Source: Promethearchaeota archaeon (GTDB lineage: Archaea > Asgardarchaeota > Lokiarchaeia > Sigyniarchaeales > SOKP01). From it: a stretch of 64,000 bases of DNA. Below are positions 10,260-19,475 of the stretch, in pieces (within the stretch, counting starts at the first letter, position 1; every line of letters starts with the position of its first letter). Under the pieces are notes generated by a model. That model saw nothing but the letters and a program-made list of their open reading frames with translations, had not been told where the DNA came from and searched no databases. Made by a program: the position numbers and the translations under genes. The stretch is taken from assembly GCA_016840085.1 (NCBI GenBank), contig JAEOTA010000018.1, positions 64,001-128,000 of the forward strand, given 5' to 3'.

Positions 10260-10523
10260 TTACTCTTCTTCTTTTTCTTCCTCTTTCTCTTCTTTCTCTT
10301 CTTCCTTTTCTTCTTCTTTCTCTTGTTCCTTTACTTCTTCCTTTACTTCTTCTTTCTCTTCTTCCTTTACTTCTTCCTTTTCTTCTTCTTTCTCTTGTTC
10401 CTTTACTTCTTCCTTTTCTTCTTCTTTCTCTTGTTCCTCCTCTTCTTTCTCTTCTTCCTTCTCTTCTTGCTTCACTTTCTTTTTCTTTTCTTTCTTTTTC
10501 TTTTCTTTCTTTTTCTTAACCAT
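10260..10523 (-). CDS. Lys/Glu-rich low-complexity repeat protein (87 aa)
   Basis: ATG preceded by GAGGT SD; basic N-terminus followed by KE[EQ][EV] tetrapeptide repeats. Confidence 0.6.
   Translation of the reverse strand: MVKKKKEKKKKEKKKKVKQEEKEEEKEEEEQEKEEEKEEVKEQEKEEEKEEVKEEEKEEVKEEVKEQEKEEEKEEEKEEKEEEKEEE
10263..10475. repeat. Degenerate 12-nt tandem repeat coding KE[EQ][EV]
   Basis: Units such as TTCTTTCTCTTG, TTCCTTTACTTC, TTCCTTTTCTTC. Confidence 0.8.
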
Positions 10524-10828
10524 TTATTTACCTCTTTATTTTTAATTGCTTTTTATACACTTTTTAGGAATAATCTTTATTTTTGTTCATTGAATATTTA
10601 GAGAGAACAACATTTAAATCTTTACTTTGATGTCCAAAATGATCAATTTTAACTAATTTTTGTAAGAAAAAGAAAAAAAAAGTGAATCAAAAGTATCTAA
10701 ACCAACCAAAATTTCAAATCTTTACTTTTACTTCTAATCACCTTTCTCTCTATTAAAAAAAATAATTATTTTAATTTAGAATAAAGATCTTCAAAATTTT
10801 ACCAAAAAATAAAAAAAGAAGTAAATTT

Positions 10829-11494
10829 TTATTTCTTTTCCTGATTTTTTCCAACTGGACAAGATCCAATACATTTATTGCACCAAATAACAGTATAATC
10901 CGAAAGTGCTTTCCAATTAGCGTAATTATATTCAAGACATAACTCCTTATTATATTTTCCTTCAGGAAATGCTTTTGCTGGACAGGAATGAATACAAATA
11001 TTACATTCTTTACAATATTCACTTTCATATATAGGTTTTCCACAAATTAAGGGTGCGGATGTTGCAAGTGCCCTTAATCTTACTTGAGAGCCATATTTTT
11101 TAGTTATTAATAGATTGTTTTTACCAATAGGTCCTACTCCCGCCAAAGCAGCACAATCTTTTAAATATAATCCCGGGTTATAGGAAATGATTTTAGATTC
11201 ATATCCTTGCTTATCGAGAAATTTATTAATTGAATGACAAAAATTTACTAAAATTGAATCAGCAAACTGGAAATTTTTTCCATTTTCCTCATTCTTACTC
11301 CATGCATCCAATGTTATATCGTATAAATGGATTCCTATTATAATAACTGTCTTTGTTTTTGGTAAAAATGCAAATGGTTGATTTTCTTCAAGAAATCGAT
11401 CAAATAAATTTGGATCAGCGAACCCTATGATATCTATACCTATTTTATTACTATACTCAATTAATTTATCGGTTAATTCTTTATGTTGATCCAT
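10829..11494 (-). CDS. QueG/reductive-dehalogenase-like 2x[4Fe-4S] protein
   Basis: IGFA, AALAGVGPIGKNNLL...YG..VRL, CxxCxxCxxxCP and CxxCxxxCP. Confidence 0.8.
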   Translation of the reverse strand: MDQHKELTDKLIEYSNKIGIDIIGFADPNLFDRFLEENQPFAFLPKTKTVIIIGIHLYDITLDAWSKNEENGKNFQFADSILVNFCHSINKFLDKQGYESKIISYNPGLYLKDCAALAGVGPIGKNNLLITKKYGSQVRLRALATSAPLICGKPIYESEYCKECNICIHSCPAKAFPEGKYNKELCLEYNYANWKALSDYTVIWCNKCIGSCPVGKNQEKK

Positions 11495-11545
11495 TGAGTT
11501 TTCATTACGGTTTATTAAATTGAAAAAAAGAATTATTTTCTACTT

Positions 11546-13204
11546 TTATTTTTTTTTCTTTTCCATTCTCTTCTTTAAAGCATTCGATGATATTCTTGCT
11601 CTTTGCTGCCCCTTTGCTGCCCAATAACTCTTTGCTGGTGCTTGTGCGACTTCTTTTTCTTCCATTTCGATTTCTTCTAATTCGTCGTCTAAATAAGATA
11701 AGCCCTCTGTAAAATCTTGTTCAGCGAAAGACATATTTACTGATCGTAAGCGATTTAACTCATTCATCATTTCTTTTTTCAACCCTGTTAATCGGTTTTT
11801 CGATTCAGAAGCTTTTCCTGCATAATATCCAGTTCCAGCAGCTTGAATGTTCATCATTACGTTAAGTTTTTGGTCATATTCTGCCGTAAATTCATCCTCA
11901 TCTTTAGTAACCTTTACTTTATCGTTTATAACTCTCATTCTTTTTCGACCTTCAGTATCGAGATATTCTACTTGGAATTGAACAGGGATTTCTTCATGTT
12001 CTCTCAATTCCTTACTTGAATCTAGTTCTAAAAATAATTCTCTATCTTCTGTAATTGCTCCTAAATTTATTACTGATCCATCAATAGTACCTTTCGAACT
12101 ATAAGCCCCTGTAATGTTTTTTATCATTATGGTTGGTGGAGTGATAATTTTTACTTTAACATCTTTACCTATATATCTCATTTGTCTCATCTCTGAGAAA
12201 ATAGCCTCCATCTCTGAGCTTGAAATTAAATACAACATTCCCCCTGTCTTATCTGTGAGTTTTCCTAGAGTTTCAAGACCCATTTCATTATTATCTCCAG
12301 AAACTGATACTCCTACCACATCCACAATAATTTTAAATTCATTACATAAATCAGCCATATCCTCGTAAAATTTTTCTGCTCCAGGGCTTGTTCCTGAAAG
12401 ATTACCTATTCCTTGGTTTGCAAGACCATCAGTTAACAATGTTATTCTTCCAGTATATTTGAAAATTTCAAAAGAAACGATAGCAAAATATAATGCAGGA
12501 CCTAATGCTGTCATATCCATAGATCTAAGGTCTTCAACTGTTCTTATCCAACCATCAGCAAATTCGCTAATGGATCCTAAAAACTTTTCTTTCTTTGTGG
12601 ATTTTTTTAATTGGGCTTTCATACCTTCTAAAGAAAATAGTAATTCACCACTAAAATTTAATGGATTTTTATCGTATCTTAGATAATAATAAACTGAACT
12701 CTCAAATGCTATTAAAATATATTTAGTTGAAGGCGAGTTAATCTTAAAATCTTTTAAAGTTTGAACTAGAGATTTTTTTACGGCCTCAATTTTAGCCCCA
12801 CTCATACTCCCCGAGATGTCAATCACAGAAATATAGAGATCTCCCGCTGTAACATCCATTTTTGTTATTTTTTCTTCTTCTTTTGATTTTTTAGTTAAAG
12901 CTTCTATTAAAATAAAATCAATATCATTAGGTAATTTCTCCTTTACTTTAGATTTATCTACTATATTAATTGTCCCACAAAATTCACATATATAGTAAGA
13001 TCCTTTTTGTGTATCTACCTGAATTAAATCTATATCAGTAAAAATAGCACCACATGAATTACATTTAATAGGTTCATCTTTTGTCTCATATTTTGGTTTT
13101 CCAAGTTCTCTAAAAGCAATGGAATATAAATAGGGATATAATTCTTTTTTAGATGGTTTTTTAGAAAGAAATTTTTTAAATGCTCTATTAAACATAAATT
13201 TCAC
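11546..13204 (-). CDS. Sec23/Sec24-type zinc finger + vWA domain protein
   Basis: PIKCNSCGA...YICEFCGTIN finger; vWA MIDAS DISGS, TALGPAL, LLTDGLANQGIG, TGG. Confidence 0.8.
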   Translation of the reverse strand: MKFMFNRAFKKFLSKKPSKKELYPYLYSIAFRELGKPKYETKDEPIKCNSCGAIFTDIDLIQVDTQKGSYYICEFCGTINIVDKSKVKEKLPNDIDFILIEALTKKSKEEEKITKMDVTAGDLYISVIDISGSMSGAKIEAVKKSLVQTLKDFKINSPSTKYILIAFESSVYYYLRYDKNPLNFSGELLFSLEGMKAQLKKSTKKEKFLGSISEFADGWIRTVEDLRSMDMTALGPALYFAIVSFEIFKYTGRITLLTDGLANQGIGNLSGTSPGAEKFYEDMADLCNEFKIIVDVVGVSVSGDNNEMGLETLGKLTDKTGGMLYLISSSEMEAIFSEMRQMRYIGKDVKVKIITPPTIMIKNITGAYSSKGTIDGSVINLGAITEDRELFLELDSSKELREHEEIPVQFQVEYLDTEGRKRMRVINDKVKVTKDEDEFTAEYDQKLNVMMNIQAAGTGYYAGKASESKNRLTGLKKEMMNELNRLRSVNMSFAEQDFTEGLSYLDDELEEIEMEEKEVAQAPAKSYWAAKGQQRARISSNALKKRMEKKKK

Positions 13205-13302
13205 TAATTTAGAAGTTTAAATTGTTAATAAAAAATGGATAATAAATAATTTTGTAAGGTTTAAATAAAAAAGAATCTTAATCCCAAAACCTTTGCTAGG
13301 CA

Positions 13303-13339
13303 GTCTTCGAACGTCTCATTTTTTTACATGCGAATCATT
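13303..13339 (-). promoter_or_regulatory. Eukaryote-type SECIS element in the 3' UTR of the Prx-like selenoprotein gene
   Basis: Minus strand AUGA-UUCGCAUGU-AAAAAAAUGAG-ACGUUCGAA-GA: AUGA/GA core, 9-bp stem with one mismatch, A-rich apical loop, starting 2 nt after the TAA stop. Confidence 0.8.
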
Positions 13340-13340
13340 C

Positions 13341-13873
13341 TTATTTGGGATTTATTAAATATTTATCAATAATTTTAATCATCATTTCTATTGTAGGTCT
13401 ATCTGTCTTATCTTTACCAATATATTTCCAAATAATTTTACCATCTTTATTAATTAAGAACTTACTAGGCACAGCTTGTTTTATCTTATAATCTAAGCCC
13501 GCAACAGGGGCAAACCAGTATGCATCATATTGTTTAGCAATTTTAGCTCCACGATCGGAAATAATATCAACATTAAACTCGTTATCTTCTTTGAATTTTG
13601 TCAAAAGTCTAGCACTATCGCTTGCTATCGATATTAACTTAATCTTTCGCTTGTTAAATTCAGAAATATGTTCCGTTAATAGTTTTAAATGTGCTTTGCA
13701 ATGACTTCACCAATTTCCTCTAAAAAAGTCGATTAGTACACCATTAAACTTTTTGAGAAGGTCATTAAGATTTATAGGATTATCGTATATATTTACAGTA
13801 TCTATCAAGGGAGCTTTAGTCTCTATATCTAATCTTTAGGTCTTGGAGGTTCTTCAGCATTCATTTTACTCAT
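13341..13873 (-). CDS. Peroxiredoxin-like (AhpC/TSA, thioredoxin fold) selenoprotein; Sec at TGA 13707-13709; apparent 1-nt frameshift near 13833
   Basis: Reading through TGA gives ...KAPLIDTVNIYDNPINLNDLLKKFNGVLIDFFRGNW-U-SHCKAHL...LISIASD...IISD...AVPSKFLINKDGKIIWKY..DRP; the ORF track shows only the C-terminal 87 aa. Confidence 0.85.
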
Positions 13874-14063
13874 CTCTTTCTTTTTACATATAATTTTTAC
13901 GAATATAAGATGCAGATACAATCAGAAATTATAAATATACGTCTTTAAAAATATAATCTTTCTCCCCGAAGTTTGTAATTCTAAGCAAACAACTCTAAAA
14001 ACTGCCTCAATTTAAGTTTTACTTAAATCTAAGAGAGTGAACTAAAAAAGTCTATATTTATTT

Positions 14064-14588
14064 TTATTTAGAGTATCTTTCAAAAAGGATTTCTGTCATA
14101 TCATAGAACGATTTCTCAACATTTTCTCCTGTTTTCGAAGATAATTCAATAAAAGAAGTAAGATTATATTTTTTGGTCGCTAATATGCCATCTTCGGTTG
14201 GTACTGCTCTAAACTCATCCAAGTCTAATTTTGAGCCAATTAACATTATTGGAATATCACCTGCATTCTCTCTAACTATTTGGGTCCAATCAGGGAGATG
14301 ATCTAATGAAATTTGATTAGTAATGTCAAATAAGAAGAAAGCACCATTTGCTCCCTTACAATATTGAGATAGCAAGAATCGAAATCTCTCTTCACCACCA
14401 AAATCCCAAATTTGCAGTTTAACTTTATTATCAATGAAATCAATTGTCTTACTATAGAAATCAACCCCTATAGTTAACTTTAGATCCTCCATAAAAAATC
14501 CAGAAATATATCTAAGGGTGAGTGACGTTTTCCCAACAGAAGCATCTCCTAACATCAAGATTTTATAAGTAAAATCGTAACTGGTCAT
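14064..14588 (-). CDS. Rab-like small GTPase
   Basis: YKILMLGDASVGKTS, TIGVDF, KLQIWDFGGEERFR, SKLD, ELSSKTGENV. Confidence 0.93.
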   Translation of the reverse strand: MTSYDFTYKILMLGDASVGKTSLTLRYISGFFMEDLKLTIGVDFYSKTIDFIDNKVKLQIWDFGGEERFRFLLSQYCKGANGAFFLFDITNQISLDHLPDWTQIVRENAGDIPIMLIGSKLDLDEFRAVPTEDGILATKKYNLTSFIELSSKTGENVEKSFYDMTEILFERYSK

Positions 14589-14734
14589 TTTTTTCAATGG
14601 ATAGGCAGCGAAATAATTTCTAATTATATTATAAAATTTTAGAAAAATTCACTTTAAAAATATAATATTATTATAACCTTATTATAATTAATTTTTGCTA
14701 AATTTAAATGTATTATTTTCAAATAAAGCAGATA

Positions 14735-15376
14735 TTATAGAATTAAAATAAGAATATTAAAACAAGAATGTGCAATTGAACAAGGAATTAATGAATAATC
14801 AAAATAGACAAAAATCGTTGCCAATAAGATGCCAAATGAAAAATAATAACCAAAATAAGTCATAATGGTTGTGAACGGCACTAAAAACAGAGGAACATGG
14901 TAAAAAGAAAAAAAAAATGATGAAATAATGATTGAGAGACTAATTTTTATTTTTTGATTTAATTTCTTTATTAAAAAGCCTCTAAAAAAAGCTTCTTCAC
15001 AAGGACCTATTATTAATAATTGTAAACTTATCAAAATTATTATTTGACCTATATTAGGGTGTGTAGGAGTTGTACTTATCGCGCTTTCTTGCCCCTCTTG
15101 TACAAACTGAGCACCAAAAATATTTTCAACTATAATATTTCTAAAAAAAAACATAAGATACACTGAGGAGAAGAAAAATAAAATTCCAAATCCTAATCCC
15201 GCGATTACCTTTATAAAAATATCTTCATTTTTTTGAAATCCCATCTCAACTATAACTTCTTTAAAACGTTTTTTTTCAATTTTACTCGAAATAAAGGCAG
15301 GTAATAGAACAAATAAAATTTCAAGGCATGTTAAGACGATTAAAATCCATGGATTTTCTCCTAAATTAATGGTCAT
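14735..15376 (-). CDS. CPBP/Abi (type II CAAX, Rce1-like) intramembrane protease
   Basis: EEAFFRG, FSFYH and AHSCFN intact; ATG 15376 avoids overlap with the divergent gene. Confidence 0.85.
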   Translation of the reverse strand: MTINLGENPWILIVLTCLEILFVLLPAFISSKIEKKRFKEVIVEMGFQKNEDIFIKVIAGLGFGILFFFSSVYLMFFFRNIIVENIFGAQFVQEGQESAISTTPTHPNIGQIIILISLQLLIIGPCEEAFFRGFLIKKLNQKIKISLSIIISSFFFSFYHVPLFLVPFTTIMTYFGYYFSFGILLATIFVYFDYSLIPCSIAHSCFNILILIL

Positions 15377-15468
15377 AATAGTTTGATAACTTTTCTTTAA
15401 ACTTCTAAAAATCAAAAAATTGAATATCTCATTATTATTATTTTTATCTCTAATTTTTTGTTCTTTTA

Positions 15469-16749
15469 ATGACAATTCGAAACAACTTTATTGACATTGA
15501 AAATAAAGATTTAAATTTTCTTTCAAGAGAAAAAAAAGTAAAAAACAATTTCGGATTTACAAAAGAACAGCTTCTACTTAATAATTTAAAAGCTCTAGCC
15601 AAAGAATATAAAGAGCTTGAAAAATTGAAAAATGATTTTTCTAAAATTATTTTAAAAAATTTAAGGAATTTAGATTTTTCGAGATTAATAGATTATCCAA
15701 GGTTTTATATTAAAGAGAAATTTCTGAAAAAAGCAGTTACAGCCTCTAACATCACAGGATTAAATGTTATTAGTGTTGATGGAAGCTCAGTCTCGAAAAA
15801 GTTTATGAATGTAGATTTCTCATTTTTAAAAGCTATTGCGGTTAAATATTATTTCAAAAAAAATACAGTTGCTAACATCAAATACTATCCTGATTTAAAT
15901 GGTTTCAATAATTATTTTGTTCAAGGAAATTTCTTTAATCGAGATGAAAATGCGGTAGATACTAAGATCTCAATGGATATGAGACATATGGAAATTAATT
16001 TGTTAAATAATGTAATTGAAAGATCTTCTGATACTGATGTGATTATTATTGATGGACCAATCGTTATTACTCCCATTAATTTATTATTTTCAAAAGATCC
16101 TGAAATTTCTAAAAGATATGATGATTTATTAAAAGAATATCATAAATTATACTCATTTTGTAAGGATGAAGGAATAATTTTAATTGGCTCAATTAAAGAT
16201 ACGAGAACATCAGCTTTATCAAATCTTTTATCTGAAGCAATTCAATTATTAAAATCTAATCATTCCAATTTAGCAGATTTCATCAAACTTAATTATCGGC
16301 ATATAATCGAATTTTTCTCTGATATAGATTTGTTTAATCGATTATTAGAAAATAACGAGAGAAGCTGTATTTTTAATTGTAAAAATGAAATTGATAAGAT
16401 CAGAGATACAGGCATTAAAAAAGAAATCCCTTATTATTTTCCTCTCTCCTTTTATGCCTTTTATCTGAAAACCGCAAGATACGACACTCCTTGCAGAATA
16501 GAGTTTTTTATGGACGAAACTCATTCGATTAAAAAAGCTTCTGAAAAAGCTGACCTAATTACTTCAATATTACTACCAATATCAAGTCTAAATGAGCACT
16601 ACGGCTTACCAATTCCCCAAATCGAAGCTCATAAGCGAGCTGTATTTAAAAAAAATGAAGTAGATCTTTTATTCAATAATTTAATCAGAACTTTGAGTAA
16701 GTATGGTATTACACTATTAGAGAAAAGAAGAAATAGAAGACCATTTTAG
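15469..16749 (+). CDS. nurA: NurA-domain nuclease
   Basis: SVDGS, IIIDGP, IGSIKD, RIEF, YGLPIPQIEAHKRA. Confidence 0.8.
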   Translation: MTIRNNFIDIENKDLNFLSREKKVKNNFGFTKEQLLLNNLKALAKEYKELEKLKNDFSKIILKNLRNLDFSRLIDYPRFYIKEKFLKKAVTASNITGLNVISVDGSSVSKKFMNVDFSFLKAIAVKYYFKKNTVANIKYYPDLNGFNNYFVQGNFFNRDENAVDTKISMDMRHMEINLLNNVIERSSDTDVIIIDGPIVITPINLLFSKDPEISKRYDDLLKEYHKLYSFCKDEGIILIGSIKDTRTSALSNLLSEAIQLLKSNHSNLADFIKLNYRHIIEFFSDIDLFNRLLENNERSCIFNCKNEIDKIRDTGIKKEIPYYFPLSFYAFYLKTARYDTPCRIEFFMDETHSIKKASEKADLITSILLPISSLNEHYGLPIPQIEAHKRAVFKKNEVDLLFNNLIRTLSKYGITLLEKRRNRRPF

Positions 16750-17441
16750 CTTTTAAGACATTTTAATCTGTGTAAAAAAATATCTTCAAAGAAATAATGT
16801 TTTTTTTCTATTATTTCGTTATTATATCCTAATTTCATGATTTTTTTACTTAAATCCTCAATTATAGTTCTGCTAGAGCTTAAGCAATATATATAATGTT
16901 CTTTACCTAAGTTTAGAAACTCTTTTGCTTCTTTAAGGAACTGTATTAATATTTCAAATCCTTTTAATCCACCATCCCAACTATAATCAATAAGTTGTTT
17001 ATTTTTTCTATTTTTAATATATTCTGAGGAGGGTAAATATGGTGGATTAAAAATAATTATGTTAAAAGATGATTTCAATTTATCAGGAAAAGATTTAAAT
17101 AAATCTGATTGCAAAAATATAATTTCATTGTTGAAGTTATTTAGCATTTCATTTTCTTTAGCACACGTTATTGCATCTTCTAAAATATCAGATGCAAATA
17201 TCCTTGGATTAAAGTTTTGGTTTTGAGATTTTATCAATTGAAGAAAAATAGCTATAATTCCAGTTCCAGTACCCAGATCTAAAACATTCTCAATTTCACT
17301 TAATTCAATTCCATCAAAATAATTATCATTAATCTTTTTTTTGAAATACTCAATCAATAAAAAGGAATCCTGTGAAGGATAATATACCTTCTCATGATCA
17401 CATTCGATTAAAGGATCCGTTATAAAATAAAAAGTGATCAT
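16746..17441 (-). CDS. HemK2/Mtq2-like N5-glutamine methyltransferase
   Basis: VYYPSQDSFLL, LDLGTGTG, SDLF, FNPPYLP, WDGG. Confidence 0.88.
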   Translation of the reverse strand: MITFYFITDPLIECDHEKVYYPSQDSFLLIEYFKKKINDNYFDGIELSEIENVLDLGTGTGIIAIFLQLIKSQNQNFNPRIFASDILEDAITCAKENEMLNNFNNEIIFLQSDLFKSFPDKLKSSFNIIIFNPPYLPSSEYIKNRKNKQLIDYSWDGGLKGFEILIQFLKEAKEFLNLGKEHYIYCLSSSRTIIEDLSKKIMKLGYNNEIIEKKHYFFEDIFLHRLKCLKS

Positions 17442-17458
17442 CTCGTTTTAATAATTTT

Positions 17459-18295
17459 TTAAGTATAAAAGAGGCTGCTTATGTCTATTAAGTCTTCTAT
17501 GGGGTAACTGAAAATTTTTTTGTTTCCGTAGTTTTTTTCTTGCAATATGCTTGAAATTCTTTCTTTGTTATAATTATTATCATTAATCGCTTTAAAAAAC
17601 ATTACTAATGCATTTACGATATTTTTATTTTTGTAGGGCATGATCCCCGCTATAAATTTTAAGAAGAAAGAAGCTCTTTTTTTTTCTAATAAAAATGTAT
17701 GTAATTCTTCCTTTGGAACTAATTTAATTAGATTTAAATCGATTTTTGGAGCAGGATAAAAGCTATTTCGGGAAACGTCATGCTTTAATACTGGTTTCAA
17801 GTAGGCATTCACACCAACGCTAATTCTAGAAAATTCTTTATAACTTCCAGTTAAAAAGATTCGATTTGTGATACTTTTTTCAATAATCAATACTCCTTGG
17901 GAGGGAGCTTGGTTGAAAAATACTTTCTCAAAGAGAGGACCCGTGATTGTATATGGAATATTCGATATCACTTTATTATGTGAAGGAATATCCATTTTTA
18001 AGATATCACAGTTTATAATTTCACAGTTGTTATATACCGAAAATTTTTCTGAGAGAAATTTATAAAGAATAGAGTCAATTTCAATAGCATATACTTTTTT
18101 GGCTTTTTTAATTAAGGGTTCGGTTAAGGCGCCTAAACCGGGTCCAATTTCTAAAATAGTATCATCTTTTGAGACTTCAGATAATAAAATTATTTTTTTT
18201 AATAAATTATCATCAATTAAAAAATTTTGACTTAGATGCTTTTTAGGTCGTAAATTTAATTTGTTTAGAGTAAGCTTTACTTCTGTATAATTCAT
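17459..18295 (-). CDS. rsmA: 16S rRNA adenine dimethyltransferase (KsgA/Dim1)
   Basis: PKKHLSQNFL, LEIGPGLGALT, SNIPYTIT, SFYPAPKID. Confidence 0.93.
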   Translation of the reverse strand: MNYTEVKLTLNKLNLRPKKHLSQNFLIDDNLLKKIILLSEVSKDDTILEIGPGLGALTEPLIKKAKKVYAIEIDSILYKFLSEKFSVYNNCEIINCDILKMDIPSHNKVISNIPYTITGPLFEKVFFNQAPSQGVLIIEKSITNRIFLTGSYKEFSRISVGVNAYLKPVLKHDVSRNSFYPAPKIDLNLIKLVPKEELHTFLLEKKRASFFLKFIAGIMPYKNKNIVNALVMFFKAINDNNYNKERISSILQEKNYGNKKIFSYPIEDLIDISSLFYT

Positions 18296-18300
18296 TTTAA

Positions 18301-18942
18301 TTATTCATATTTCTGAGTTTTACTGAACAGGTAATATTTTACATCTCTCGAAAGTTCTTTAATAATTCTTTGTGCGATAAGTTTAGTAGGGTGAGAAATA
18401 CTTGTTCTATCAGCAATATCTTGAAAGTTACCAAATTTTTGTCTTTCTCTTGCCTCAAGAAGCTCCCACATATGCTTTTGTCCAATCCCAGGCAATAATT
18501 TTAAAGCATGCATCCGAGGAGTAATAGAAGTGGAATTGTTGAAGAAATTGATGAACTCTTCTTCAAATTTTAATACTTCTTTTTCTAGAATTGGTTGAAT
18601 AAGTGCTTTTGAAGTGGTAGTTAGATCATTATAATTAATCTTTTTCAAAACGTCTCTTAATTTATCTTCATTTAAGAATTCTTCATACGTTTTTTGTTCT
18701 TGGACTTGAATATCAGAGTTTTTATTTACCTTTACCTCATAAAGAACAAAATCTGGAAAAGTTAGAACTTGAGCTATTGGTGTTTTTGCCCAACTAGGCT
18801 TATCTTCTTCGGGATGACCATGAATTAATACATCTAATATAACAACATCCCGAAATTTTTTTATAAATTGTTTTTTTTTCTTTGGACCTCCTCGATAGGG
18901 TCTTCTCCGGGGAGGACCTCTGTACCGCTCTCTTCTTTCCAT
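18301..18942 (-). CDS. DUF655 family putative nucleic-acid-binding protein
   Basis: ILD, FINFFN...ITPRMHALKLLPGIG, RI..EL....KY; usual position after rpo4. Confidence 0.85.
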   Translation of the reverse strand: MERRERYRGPPRRRPYRGGPKKKKQFIKKFRDVVILDVLIHGHPEEDKPSWAKTPIAQVLTFPDFVLYEVKVNKNSDIQVQEQKTYEEFLNEDKLRDVLKKINYNDLTTTSKALIQPILEKEVLKFEEEFINFFNNSTSITPRMHALKLLPGIGQKHMWELLEARERQKFGNFQDIADRTSISHPTKLIAQRIIKELSRDVKYYLFSKTQKYE

Positions 18943-19088
18943 CTTTACCAATTATCTTCCTTTCTACTTTTCCAATAACCATTTCAAAATTTTAATTTTT
19001 ATAAACTAACTCTATGAGTAAGGATAGCTCATTGAATTTAAAACAATTTAGACTTATTAATTTTACTATAAAGAAATTATAATTATAG

Positions 19089-19454
19089 TTAAGATGTTTT
19101 TATATCTTCTATACTCTCCAATATCACTTCTAATTGTTCGTCATCTAACGTTTTTCCAACAAAGGATTTCTCTAATATCATTCTTAACTCTGGAACGGAT
19201 TGCGGGTCTATGTTTACGATGTTAATTGCGTAGATTTCCTCAATTTCATAATCATTTATCAAAAATTTTATAATTTTTTTTGCTGTTCGAGCATCAATCT
19301 TTGCGAACTTGTTTACATAATTATACGTAATTTCTTGAAAGTGCGACATTCCCTCCTCAGAATCAATTTCTAGCATTTTTTCTTTTACATATTCCATAAT
19401 CTCCTTTACTTCTGGAATAGAAACTGTTCTCTCGTCTTTCTTTCTTCCTGACAT
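19089..19454 (-). CDS. rpo4: RNA polymerase subunit Rpo4 (F)
   Basis: VSIPEVKEI, YVNKFAK, AINIVNIDP...ELRMIL; operon context. Confidence 0.85.
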   Translation of the reverse strand: MSGRKKDERTVSIPEVKEIMEYVKEKMLEIDSEEGMSHFQEITYNYVNKFAKIDARTAKKIIKFLINDYEIEEIYAINIVNIDPQSVPELRMILEKSFVGKTLDDEQLEVILESIEDIKTS

Positions 19455-19475
19455 ATTTGTGCTACCTATTGAGAT

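Noticed and set aside
10263-10475. Repeat tract as a CRISPR array
   Set aside because: Contiguous degenerate 12-mers with no unique spacers and no cas genes.
10323-10601. Phe/Leu-rich 'membrane' ORF on the + strand
   Set aside because: Antisense shadow of the K/E repeat; the minus-strand ORF has the ATG and SD.
13341-13604. 87-aa stand-alone ORF from the track
   Set aside because: It is the C-terminal part of the TGA-readthrough Prx-like selenoprotein.
13960-14045. Small hairpins between the GTPase and selenoprotein genes
   Set aside because: AT-rich short stems are expected by chance at this base composition.
18800-18982. Basic 60-aa ORF overlapping the DUF655 start
   Set aside because: Alternative-frame overlap of a conserved gene with no recognisable family.
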